A stretch of DNA of 64,000 bases from Bacteroidales bacterium (GTDB lineage Bacteria > Bacteroidota > Bacteroidia > Bacteroidales > WCHB1-69). Of the stretch, positions 46,619 through 56,600 are shown in pieces. The stretch is taken from NCBI GenBank assembly GCA_024400875.1, contig JAKSMB010000002.1, positions 69,446 to 133,445 on the forward strand, in the 5' to 3' direction. Both the position numbers and the translations under genes were made by a program. Below the pieces are notes generated by a model, which searched no databases, was not told the DNA's origin, and was given only the letters and a program-made list of their open reading frames with translations. The number at the start of each line of letters is the position of its first letter. Positions within the stretch are counted from its first letter, which is position 1.

Positions 46619-48853
46619 ATGAAACAATTCTTTTTGGATAATAAAAATAATGTCTGGTTTTGGGCATTTACGGTGATTGTTTTTGCTCTGTTGTTCATTA
46701 TGCCGATGATGAGTAAACAGGCGGGTAATACCGGAGATGAAGATGGCTTTCAAATCCCACAAGGTAAGAATGTTGTAAACTATTACAAAACGAATGGCCA
46801 AGATACTACCTGTATGAACTTCAAAGATAACCTTCAGTTTTATGGTTCTTCTTTTGATGTCATAACAGAATATATCAATCAAACATTTAAGATTGAAGAT
46901 ATAAGTAAGTCAAGACACGTATGCAATTCTTTGATGGGATGGCTGGCGGTACTGATGGTGGGGCTGATAGCCTACCAGTTTGGAGGTGCGCGTGCAGGAG
47001 TTTTTGCATTGATACTTATGTTCTTGTCTCCAAGATTCTTAGGACATTCATTCAATAACCCCAAAGATGTTCCATTCTTGGCGGGTATCGCGTCTTCCAT
47101 CTTTGGTATGGTTTTGTTTTTTAAACAATTCCCTAAAGTTAAATGGTACTCTTATGTGATTTTGATATTGTCGATAGCATTGGCTATCAGTGTTCGTATA
47201 GGTGGCTTGGTTCTCTTTGGATATTTTGGATTGCTAGGGTTTGTATTTTTGATACAATATGTTATTCGCTATTCAAAATTACCAAAAGAAAAAAATCAAA
47301 CAAAGAATATGACACCGGCAAAGGCGATAATGTTGATGTTGGTAATGGGTGTTGCAATTTGCGTGGTAGGTTTCTTTGTTGGTATTTTGATTTGGCCGTA
47401 TGCAATGCAATCTCCGATAAAGCATTCAATAGAGTCGTTTAATGCGATGTCTTCTTTTGCCACCTCCCTCCGTCAACTTTTTGAGGGTAGTCTCCAATGG
47501 TCCGACTATTTGCCATGGTATTATACACCTAAGTATATCCTCATCACGATCCCTATCGCTGTTATCATCGGTATGGTTCTTTTCTTCATCTTCTGCTGGC
47601 GCAAGAAGGAAGACCGCTTCTGGGCGTTCTTCGTATTCTTCACCTTCTTCTTCCCAGTTTTCTGGATCGTTTACACACACGCAAACGTGTATGGCGGATG
47701 GCGCCACGCGATGTTCGCCTATCCAACAATGGTGGTGGCCGCCGGTTGGGGGTTCGATGGACTCCTCCGTTGGGTTGAGAATAAATTCGGCATCTTGAAT
47801 TCAGAGAAGAAGTCAGCGAAAGGCATTGTCGTCAATGTTGCCGGTGCCGCAGTTGTCTTGCTGCTGCTCGCCGGCCCTATCCGACATATCATCGTAAACC
47901 ATCCTTATGAGTATGTCTATTTCAACGAACTCGCCGGTGGCACCAAGAATGCACTCGGCAATTATGAGTTGGACTATTATTATCATAGCACTCGCGAAGC
48001 TAGCGAATGGATTATCGCCAATGCTGAGAAAAAAGCTGATGGCTCAAAGGTAAGAGTGGGTACTTGGCATACGGCATCAGTGAACTATTTCTTTAGAAAA
48101 GATACCGCCGATTTCCAGCCCGTTTTCATTCGCTGGTATGAAAAGGAAAATACCGATTGGGATTATGCCATCTTTACGGTTACCGGCATATATCCGAAAT
48201 ACCTGAAAAGCAAGAATTTCCCACCTAAAAATACGATTAAGACTATTGATGTGGATGGCGTTCCAATCTGTTTTATTTTGAAAAGGGAAGATAAGTCGGA
48301 TTACAAAGGTTTTAAATATAAGGAACAGAATCAGTTGGATTCCGCTATCTTGATGTATCAGAAGGCTTTGCAGGTGGATCCTAACAATATGGGCGCTTTG
48401 TGCGGGTTGGGTGAAATCTATGTCAGAAAGAACAATCCGGACAGTGCTCAACTCTATCTGAATCCGTATCTTAAAATCGATCCGGAGGCTGAAATTGCGA
48501 ACTTGATGCTTGCTTATTCTTATGCTGGAAAGGGAGATCTGGAAGGTGCTATGAATACGTTGCACAGCATTATGAAACGGAACCCGAAGTATATGGGTGC
48601 ACATATACTGGCCATCCAAATCTGCTTGCAACAGAAGGATATCCCTGCTGCAAAACGCGAGTTCGATAAGGTTATTGAAGTGGATCGGGTGGATGAACAG
48701 GTTACCAGTTTGTGGATACAATATGAGGCTATGCAGAATATTGACCAACAAACGGCCTATACAAATCTTTATAAGGCGATGATCCGAAGCTTGGAGAAAC
48801 GTGGAAAGAAGAAAGAGGCGAACAAGCTACGTGAGCAGAGCGGTATTAAATAA
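46619..48853 (+). CDS. GT-C fold (PMT/ArnT-like) multi-TM glycosyltransferase with C-terminal TPR repeats
   Basis: DE motif after TM1 (GNTGDE), YGSSFD, SPRFLGHSFNNPKD, PWYY, YGGWRH, ELDYY; TPR helices YQKALQVDPNN..ALCGLGEIY, LKIDPE..ANLMLA, MKRNPKY. Confidence 0.82.
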   Translation: MKQFFLDNKNNVWFWAFTVIVFALLFIMPMMSKQAGNTGDEDGFQIPQGKNVVNYYKTNGQDTTCMNFKDNLQFYGSSFDVITEYINQTFKIEDISKSRHVCNSLMGWLAVLMVGLIAYQFGGARAGVFALILMFLSPRFLGHSFNNPKDVPFLAGIASSIFGMVLFFKQFPKVKWYSYVILILSIALAISVRIGGLVLFGYFGLLGFVFLIQYVIRYSKLPKEKNQTKNMTPAKAIMLMLVMGVAICVVGFFVGILIWPYAMQSPIKHSIESFNAMSSFATSLRQLFEGSLQWSDYLPWYYTPKYILITIPIAVIIGMVLFFIFCWRKKEDRFWAFFVFFTFFFPVFWIVYTHANVYGGWRHAMFAYPTMVVAAGWGFDGLLRWVENKFGILNSEKKSAKGIVVNVAGAAVVLLLLAGPIRHIIVNHPYEYVYFNELAGGTKNALGNYELDYYYHSTREASEWIIANAEKKADGSKVRVGTWHTASVNYFFRKDTADFQPVFIRWYEKENTDWDYAIFTVTGIYPKYLKSKNFPPKNTIKTIDVDGVPICFILKREDKSDYKGFKYKEQNQLDSAILMYQKALQVDPNNMGALCGLGEIYVRKNNPDSAQLYLNPYLKIDPEAEIANLMLAYSYAGKGDLEGAMNTLHSIMKRNPKYMGAHILAIQICLQQKDIPAAKREFDKVIEVDRVDEQVTSLWIQYEAMQNIDQQTAYTNLYKAMIRSLEKRGKKKEANKLREQSGIK

Positions 48854-48859
48854 AAATAG

Positions 48860-48891
48860 AAAGGGTTGTTCGATGAAACAACCCTTTTTTT
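48860..48891. terminator. Bidirectional terminator between the GT-C gene and ispE
   Basis: AAAGGGTTGTT-CGATGA-AACAACCCTTT plus a T run. Confidence 0.85.
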
Positions 48892-49657
48892 ATCGCTGAA
48901 AGATTCCGAATACGGCAGTACCGCTGCCGCTCATGGCAGCATACAAGGCTCCGCTCTCGTAGAATTGCTGTTTGAGCGTTTTCAAGGATGGATGTTTGAT
49001 GAAGATGCTGTCTTCGAAATCGTTGTGAATGATACTGCGCCAGTGCTCTATAGGCGTGAGAATGTCGGTCGACAGTTCAGTGCCTGGTACTTTGGGCGTA
49101 ACTCCAGCATAAGCCTCTTTGGTGGATACGGAAATGTCGGGCTTGACGATGCGGATTTCGTAGTTGGACAGATCTAAATCAATGGGGGTGAGTATCTCCC
49201 CACGTCCAGTAGCGTACATAGGTTGGTTTTCGATGAAAAAGGGGACGTCGCTGCCCAATTGAGCGGCATAGTCCATCAGTTGCGCGGTGCTGAGGTTGAG
49301 CTGGAAAAGTTGATCCAGCATCCGTAGTGTGAAAGCGGCGTCTGCCGAACCACCACCTAATCCCGCCCCGCTGGGAATGCCCTTCTCCAAGGTGATACGC
49401 ACGCCTTGGATGTTGAAGTCTTTTTGTAGCAAACGAAAAGCTTTTACGCAAAGATTGCTCTCGCTGTCGCCTAGGTCTTGCTGGCTGTGACAGATGAAAT
49501 CGATTTCTGCATCAGCACGCTCAAGGGTGATGGTGTCGGTGAAGAAATCAGTAGGGTAGAATACCGTCCGGAGTTCGTGGAAGCCATCTTCCCGTTTTCT
49601 CACGATCTGAAGCCCTAAGTTGATCTTGCAGTTGACCTTTTGAGTTAATATAGTCAT
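48890..49657 (-). CDS. ispE: 4-diphosphocytidyl-2-C-methyl-D-erythritol kinase
   Basis: KINLGL..KREDGFH, IPSGAGLGGGSADAA, LGSDVPFF, NDFE, MSGSG. Confidence 0.96.
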   Translation of the reverse strand: MTILTQKVNCKINLGLQIVRKREDGFHELRTVFYPTDFFTDTITLERADAEIDFICHSQQDLGDSESNLCVKAFRLLQKDFNIQGVRITLEKGIPSGAGLGGGSADAAFTLRMLDQLFQLNLSTAQLMDYAAQLGSDVPFFIENQPMYATGRGEILTPIDLDLSNYEIRIVKPDISVSTKEAYAGVTPKVPGTELSTDILTPIEHWRSIIHNDFEDSIFIKHPSLKTLKQQFYESGALYAAMSGSGTAVFGIFQR

Positions 49658-49662
49658 AATGT

Positions 49663-50529
49663 TTATAGTTTCAAGGTGTCAAAATTCTTACCGAAGACGC
49701 TGGAAGTCTTGGTTATGGTGATAAATGCGGAGTTGTCGATTTCCTTAATGATGCGGGTGATGATGGCCTTGTCGGTGCGGTGAGCCACGATCAGCAACAC
49801 GTCACTTTCCTGGCGGTTGTAGGAACCGTAACCTTTGAGGAAGGTGGCGCCACGTTTCAAGTCTTTGCTGATGCGCTCTGCAATCTTTTCATTGTCTTTT
49901 GAGAAGACCATGAATTGATAGGTCTGACGGTAACCGTCGATGACGTAGTCGGCCACGAACATATATACAAAGAGTACCACGAAACTGTAAACGAGTTTTT
50001 CAAGGTCGTGAACGATGAAGTAGGAGCAACCAACGATGAATACGTTGGCGGCAAAGTTCACGTGCCCGAAGGAGATGTTGCGGTATTTACCGATCATCAG
50101 GGCGATGATGTCTAAACCGCCGGTGTTGCCACCCCAGTTGATGGCGATGCCCACGCCCGCTGCCGAGATACAGGAACCGATGAGGACACTCATAAACATA
50201 TCATCTACTAACGGGTGGGTGAAAAGAACTTGTGCGATGGAAAAGAAGAGCGACAAAATAAAAGTGCATATAAGAGAATTGATGCAGAATTTTGTCCCCA
50301 AGATGCGCCAGGCAATGGCAATCAGGATGGCGTTAAAAAGAAAAGTGGTGATACCAATTGGAAACTTTGTAGCGAAATAAAGGATGGATGCGATACCCGC
50401 AACACCACCACCTGTTACTTCGAACGGAGTCATAAATGCGGACCATCCGAGCACAAAAAGTGCCAAACCGATGGTGATAAAAGCATAGTTCTTAGCTTCT
50501 TTGAGTACTTGTGAACGCGTTATGGTCAT
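49663..50529 (-). CDS. YitT-family membrane protein
   Basis: GGGVAGI, GGNTGGLDIIA, RGATFLKGYGSY, IDNSAFI. Confidence 0.9.
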   Translation of the reverse strand: MTITRSQVLKEAKNYAFITIGLALFVLGWSAFMTPFEVTGGGVAGIASILYFATKFPIGITTFLFNAILIAIAWRILGTKFCINSLICTFILSLFFSIAQVLFTHPLVDDMFMSVLIGSCISAAGVGIAINWGGNTGGLDIIALMIGKYRNISFGHVNFAANVFIVGCSYFIVHDLEKLVYSFVVLFVYMFVADYVIDGYRQTYQFMVFSKDNEKIAERISKDLKRGATFLKGYGSYNRQESDVLLIVAHRTDKAIITRIIKEIDNSAFITITKTSSVFGKNFDTLKL

Positions 50530-50592
50530 TTTTATAAAATTTTATTACGTTGTTATTCAGACGATTAGATTTCATTTTCAGAAAAATCACTG

Positions 50593-50649
50593 CAAAAATA
50601 AAAAAAAATACAAAATGTGTTGCGCGATATGAAAAAAACTGTATTTTTG
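50593..50649. promoter_or_regulatory. Divergent -7 boxes for the YitT gene (-) and tRNA-Asn (+)
   Basis: TATTTTTG on - (50593-50600) and on + (50642-50649). Confidence 0.65.
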
Positions 50650-50678
50650 CAGCCGTTAAACCAAGCGGTTAACGAAAC

Positions 50679-50752
50679 GCTTCCTTAGCTCAGTTGGTTA
50701 GAGCATCTGACTGTTAATCAGAGGGTCCAAGGTTCAAGTCCTTGAGGGAGCG
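50679..50752 (+). tRNA. tRNA-Asn (anticodon GTT)
   Basis: Acceptor GCTTCCT/AGGGAGC, discriminator G, anticodon arm TCTGA-CTGTTAA-TCAGA, T arm CAAGG-TTCAAGT-CCTTG. Confidence 0.96.
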
Positions 50753-50759
50753 CAAAAGC

Positions 50760-50796
50760 AAAGGCACCTGCAACGCTGCAGGTGCTTTTTTGTTTT
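50760..50796 (+). terminator. Intrinsic terminator after tRNA-Asn
   Basis: GCACCTGCA-ACGC-TGCAGGTGC plus a T run. Confidence 0.88.
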
Positions 50797-50870
50797 ATCC
50801 ATCTTCCTTCCAACCCTTCCTCCCTTTATTCCTCCTTCCCTCCTTAATCCTTCCCTCCTTTAATCTTTTT
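50797..50870 (+). repeat. G-free polypyrimidine tract with internal direct repeat
   Basis: No G on + across the interval; TCCTTCCCTCCTT occurs twice 15 bp apart; ends just before the comEC -7 box (50873-50880). Confidence 0.7.
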
Positions 50871-50896
50871 TGTATCTTTGTGGCAAACCTGAAGAT

Positions 50897-52960
50897 ATGA
50901 AAATAGAAAACTACCCTGTACTAAAAGCACTTTTCCCCTTCATTTGTGGCATTTTATGCTGCTATCTCGGTAACTTACCACCTCAATTTGGCCATTTTTT
51001 GTTCTTGATAACATCCATTTTTTGTCTTTTTTCTGTTCTTTTATGGCCAATACGGAAGCTTTCGATGCAATGGTTGCACGCTTTTATCTTATTTTTAGGC
51101 TTCTTTTTTGCGGGGGCTACGGCCACAAATTTCCGAATGCAGGCGGTTGCTACTGAACAATCGGAGGAACTGGTCTCGCAAAACAATACTTTTTTGGTCC
51201 GCGTGATGGATCACCCTGTCGTGCGAGCGCGTAGTGTGAAGGTGGTGGCGGAACCTTTCAATGACTCTCTCCGAAGTTGCCCGTCGTTACGCCGACTCTT
51301 GCTGTATGTTCAGCGCAGTGCTGCCAGCGACAGCTTGCAGTATGGTGATGTGTTAGCTTTGAGTACGAAGTTTGCTCCATTAGAACCGCCAACGAACCCG
51401 GATGCGTTCGATAATCAACGCTATATGCGCCGGAAGGGTATCTGCTATTCAGGTTATGTTCCAGAAGGTGCGTGGCAACGTGTTGGAAATGATGTCCCTA
51501 ACCCATTGAAGGATATTGCCTTTCAATGGCAGCGGAAATTGTCGGCCTTGTTCTTGCAGACCGGTATGAGCGGGGCTGAATATGAGATCATTAAGGCTAT
51601 CTTGTTAGGTGATGACGACACGATGGAGCCCGACTTGAAAGCGGCGTACGCATCCGCAGGCGTGAGCCACGTGCTGTGCGTGTCGGGAATGCACGTGGGG
51701 GTGATTTTTATGATCCTGAATTTTCTCCTGAAACCTATGGATTTTTTTAAGAGTACGCGTGTCGTTAAAGCGGTGCTGCTACTGTCGTCAATTTGGTTGT
51801 ATGCTTGCATTACGGGCCTGTCTCCTTCTGTAACACGTTCTGCTACAATGTTTTCTTTTGTTACTGTTGGCGGTCTTCTACGACGAAATGTGAATGTGTT
51901 CCATAGTTTGCTTGCCTCCTTGTTCATTCTTCTTGCCCTTAATCCGTTGCTGCTTTTCGAGGTGGGCTTCCAGTTGAGCTATCTGGCAGTGTTCGGGATC
52001 GTTACTTTCCAACCGATGATCGCCGACATATATCATTGCAAAACCAAGGTGGGCAACTATTTCTGGGAGTTGCTTTCGGTATCGATTGCGGCACAACTAA
52101 GCACGTTCCCCATTTCCATTTTCTATTTTGGACAATTCCCCAATTATTTCATACTCTCCAACCTGTCTGTTATCTCCCTCTCTTTCATTGTGATGATAAC
52201 GGGTATTGGTTTGTTAGGTCTGTCTTTTATACCAATGGTTGCGCGTGGGGTGGCTACGGTGTTGACCTTTGAAATTCGAATAATGAACCGGATCATTCTC
52301 TTTATTGAGCAACTTCCAGGATCGGTAACGCATAACATTGATTATCGAATGCACCAAATGTTGTTGCTGTATTTGGCTATCGTACTTACGCTTATAGCTT
52401 TTCAATATCAGCGAAAACGTATGTTGCTGTGTGCTTGGGCAGTGATGACGCTCTTTGCGGGTACGTTTGCTTTGAGAAAAGTGGGGTTACTGCATCAAAA
52501 CGAGGTGGTGGCGTACGATGTGCCGCACGCTACAGCCCTTGCCTTCTGCTATCATCAGCGGGGGTTGATGCTTTCCGATTCGGTGCTGGACTTCGACCAC
52601 CAAAGCTACAAGATGGCTGTGCAGAATCACGCACGACGGCAGCACGCGTTGTGGCAGTTTGCAGCTATCGATACAAATCGGCTGGATTTGCCCTTTATCT
52701 GTAAGCGGGGAGCCGCGTTGCGGTACTGCGATAAGACCTATTATCTGCTCAAGAAACACTGCCCGGTTTATGCTGTTGAATCTTCCCTGCCGGTCGACTA
52801 TCTGGTGCTGTGCAATAGCCCGACGCAATCGCCTGAGGATGTGGCTGCTGCACTCCATTTCCGGGCGGTGATTGCAGATCAATCTAACGGCAAATTCTGC
52901 ATCGAAAAGTGGCGTCAATGGTGTAACAAAAACGGGGTGATATTCCAGTGCAATCGATAA
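50897..52960 (+). CDS. comEC: ComEC/Rec2 DNA uptake channel protein
   Basis: OB-like region PTNPDAFD, AILLGD, GVSHVLCVSGMHV, SVTRS, GFQLSY; degenerate C-terminal domain. Confidence 0.9.
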   Translation: MKIENYPVLKALFPFICGILCCYLGNLPPQFGHFLFLITSIFCLFSVLLWPIRKLSMQWLHAFILFLGFFFAGATATNFRMQAVATEQSEELVSQNNTFLVRVMDHPVVRARSVKVVAEPFNDSLRSCPSLRRLLLYVQRSAASDSLQYGDVLALSTKFAPLEPPTNPDAFDNQRYMRRKGICYSGYVPEGAWQRVGNDVPNPLKDIAFQWQRKLSALFLQTGMSGAEYEIIKAILLGDDDTMEPDLKAAYASAGVSHVLCVSGMHVGVIFMILNFLLKPMDFFKSTRVVKAVLLLSSIWLYACITGLSPSVTRSATMFSFVTVGGLLRRNVNVFHSLLASLFILLALNPLLLFEVGFQLSYLAVFGIVTFQPMIADIYHCKTKVGNYFWELLSVSIAAQLSTFPISIFYFGQFPNYFILSNLSVISLSFIVMITGIGLLGLSFIPMVARGVATVLTFEIRIMNRIILFIEQLPGSVTHNIDYRMHQMLLLYLAIVLTLIAFQYQRKRMLLCAWAVMTLFAGTFALRKVGLLHQNEVVAYDVPHATALAFCYHQRGLMLSDSVLDFDHQSYKMAVQNHARRQHALWQFAAIDTNRLDLPFICKRGAALRYCDKTYYLLKKHCPVYAVESSLPVDYLVLCNSPTQSPEDVAAALHFRAVIADQSNGKFCIEKWRQWCNKNGVIFQCNR

Positions 52961-53011
52961 CCGATTGTCTCTTATCTTTTTGTATCTTTGCCGCTCATTA
53001 ACCATAACCTT

Positions 53012-53602
53012 ATGATAAGTTACCTAAAAGGAAAAATTGTAGAAAAAAATCCGGCTTATGTCGTTTTGGAAACGGCTGCAGGAATTGGATTCTATGTAAA
53101 TATATCCGTTGCAACATATTCTCAACTTAAAGATAATGAAGAAGTTAAAATGCTAACTTATTTCATTGTCAAAGAAGATGCTCAAACCTTGTATGGCTTT
53201 CTCGAAGAGGAAGAGCGTGAGCTTTTCAAGTTGTTGATATCCGTCAACGGCATTGGTCCAAATACGGCAAGATTGATTCTTTCTTCTATGTCGGTGGGTG
53301 AGGTGCTGAACGCCATTGCCACGGAGAATGTGAAGGCTATCCAGTCGGTGAAGGGCATTGGCGCTAAAACGGCGCAACGCGTGGTCATCGAGTTGAAGGA
53401 TAAAACCAAGAAGATGGAACTGACAAATTCCTCAAAAATTTCTGTTGCGTACAATAATAACAAGTATGATGCGTTAACAGCGTTAATTGCCCTCGGTTTT
53501 CCTAAGGCTGGCGCAGAGTCTGTCTTGGATAAGGTTATTAAGGCCGATGGTATTGATTTGACAGTGGAAGAATTGATTAAGAAGTCGTTGAAATTATTGT
53601 AA
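53012..53602 (+). CDS. ruvA: Holliday junction branch migration protein RuvA
   Basis: MISYLKG, LYGF..EERELF..LISVNGIGP, VKGIGAKTAQR, ALIALGF; -7 box at 52983-52990. Confidence 0.96.
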   Translation: MISYLKGKIVEKNPAYVVLETAAGIGFYVNISVATYSQLKDNEEVKMLTYFIVKEDAQTLYGFLEEEERELFKLLISVNGIGPNTARLILSSMSVGEVLNAIATENVKAIQSVKGIGAKTAQRVVIELKDKTKKMELTNSSKISVAYNNNKYDALTALIALGFPKAGAESVLDKVIKADGIDLTVEELIKKSLKLL

Positions 53603-53608
53603 CAGAGT

Positions 53609-56600
53609 TTGAAAGCAACAAATAAAACATATACAAATTGCAAGCTGATCGTACTGTTGTTTGCCTTCTTAGGTTTTCTAACAGGCGGTTACGCTGCCGA
53701 AACCATTACTCCGGTTTCCATGCTTAATCCGGTTGGCGTTTTCCCTCCGGATACCTCAAAAAAGTCTAATGTTCCCCAGCCCAGCAATAACCCGTTGGAC
53801 AACTCCTTCAATAGCCCGTTCTGGTTGCAAAACCCGACAGGTTTGGGAACAAATATCCAGTACGATCCTGAAACCAATACGTATAATTTTCAATATATGA
53901 CGGGTTCAGTGCCTTATGGCCCAGGAACTTATATGGACATAAATGAGTATATAGACTACGATTTGCGCAAGAGTATTGATGATTACTGGTACAATCATAG
54001 CACTTCGTACGCGGGTGGTAATCGTAGGGGTGGCGGTGGCCTCATCCCTGAGTTGCACATTGGCGGCGACCTCTTTGAAGGCATTTTCGGTAGCAATACC
54101 ATTGACATCCGTCCGGCAGGTACGATGGAATTGAAATTTGGTGTTAAGTACAATAATGTTAAGAACTTAACACTTCCTGTTAAGCAACGCCGTCAGATCC
54201 AGTTCGACTTTGACGAAGATATTCAGCTGAACTTGATTGCTAAGATTGGTGAGAAAATTGAGTTCAACCTCAATTATACCACCGACGAACTTTCCATTGA
54301 TAACAATATGGACAAAGTGAAACTGAAGTATGCTGGTAAGGAGGATGATATTCTGCAATTAATTGAATTTGGTAATGTTACGTTGCCATTGAATAGTACA
54401 CTCATCACGGGTAGCCAAAGTTTGTTTGGTGTTAAGTCGCAACTCAAGTTCGGTAATTTGTTGGTGACAGCGGTTGCATCACAAAAGAATAGTACCTCAC
54501 AAACGATGACCATCACCGGCGGTGCTGAAGAGCAGGATTTCTATTTCCGTGCCGATGAGTACGAAGAGAACAAACACTTCTTCATTGGACAGTTCTTCCG
54601 TGATCATTACAACGAATATCTGAGCACCTTGCCATTAGTGGGATCTCCAATCGTTATTACTAAGATTGAAGTATGGCGCACCACCGTTGGCGCTGCTACT
54701 AATGATAACCGAAATATCGTGGCATTTACCGACTTGGGTGAATCAGATCCGGAGTTTAATGCCCTTTCTTATAACCCTGCATATGATGGCGGTCAGTATC
54801 CCGACAATATGGTTAACAACCTGACGATGTTTGCTGATTCATCCATTATCCGCAATATCTCCAGCGTGTCTAACAACTTGCAAGGTCTGGGCATGCGTTC
54901 GGGTGTGAACTACGAAAAGGTGGAAAGTGCTCGCTTGCTTTCACCTTCAGAATACACCTTCAACTCAAAGCTGGGTTTCATTACACTTAATTCAGCGCTA
55001 AGCTCTGATCAGGTGTTGGCTGTCGCCTTCCAATATACGGTGATTGGCTCTGATAAGGTTTACCAAGTAGGTGAGTTCTCCAATGAGGTTGCCGCACCAA
55101 ACTGTATTCGTGTGAAGTTGTTGAAGAGTACCAGCTTGAATACCAAGTCTCCATTGTGGAAGTTGATGATGAAGAACGTTTACAACCTCTCCGCTTATCA
55201 GGTGTCACCGGAAAAATTCCGCTTGAACATTCTCTATACTGGCGACTCAGAGGGTGTGCCTAATGGTTTCTTCACCAAGGGCTCTCAGAAGGGTATCTCC
55301 CTCATCAAGTTGATGGGATTGGACCGCTTGAACCAACAACAAGATCCTAACCCAGATGGTATCTTCGACTTTATTGATGGCGCTGCTACAGAGGGCGGTA
55401 CGATCAACTCCAATAATGGTCGTATCTATTTCCCAACAATAGAACCTTTTGGTAAAGACTTACGCGCTATCTTCCCAGAGAATGAACAGGAATTAGCTAA
55501 CTTCTATGCATTCGACTCTTTGTATACGATGACAAAGACGATGGCTCAGCAGATAACCAACAAGAACAAGTATTACATCGAAGGTAGTTATCGCTCTTCC
55601 TATGGTTCAGAGTTCCACTTCTCTACTACCAACGTGGCTAAAGGTTCTGTGAAGGTTACCGCTGGTGGTATTACCTTGACCGAAAATGTGGACTATACGG
55701 TCAACTACGATATGGGTACCGTTTCCATCATCAATCAGGGTGTGTTGAGTTCTGGTACGCCAATCTCTATCTCCATTGAAAACGATAACGCCATTGCCGC
55801 CACCGACCAGGTGATGTTTGGCGCAAACTTCGACTATACTTTCTCTAAGGATTTCAATATCGGTGCAACCATCTTGAACTTGCGTGAGAGACCTTTTACC
55901 AACAAGGTGAATTATGGTGAAGAGCCGATCAACAATATGATCTGGGGTATGAACTTCGCTTATAAAACAGAGCTTCCGTTCATTACCAAGGTGATCGATA
56001 AAATTACATTCCATAGTACGACCACACAATCCTTCCTTAACTTAGAAGGAGAGTTCGCACACTTTGTACCTGGCCACAACAAGGCTATTGGCAAGACGGG
56101 TACAACTTATATCGATGACTTCGAGGCTTCCAAGTCTACAATTGATTTGATGACGATGGCCAACTGGGTGTTGGCTTCTACACCGCAAGGACAGTTGGAT
56201 CTCTTCCCAGAGGCTCAAACGGTTTCCATTGCTGACAATCCTCGTAAGCAACTTGCATACGGTTACAACCGTGCCCGCCTCGCGTGGTATATCATCGACC
56301 CGTTGTTCTACAATAACAATAGTGCAACGCCATCGAACTTGACCTCCGCAGATCAGTCGATGCCGTATGCTCGTGCCGTATATGAACCTGAACTTTTCCC
56401 ATATAAGCAACAATCAGGTACACAGCTTACCACCTATATGACGGTGTTCAATATGGCATTCTATCCGTCCGAACGCGGTCAGTACAACTATGATGTTGCA
56501 GGTGCCGAGGGCTTCTCACACGGTGTGAACGAAGACGGCTCTTTGCGTGATCCTAAAACCCGCTGGGGTGGTATTATGCGTAAATTCGATAATACAGACT

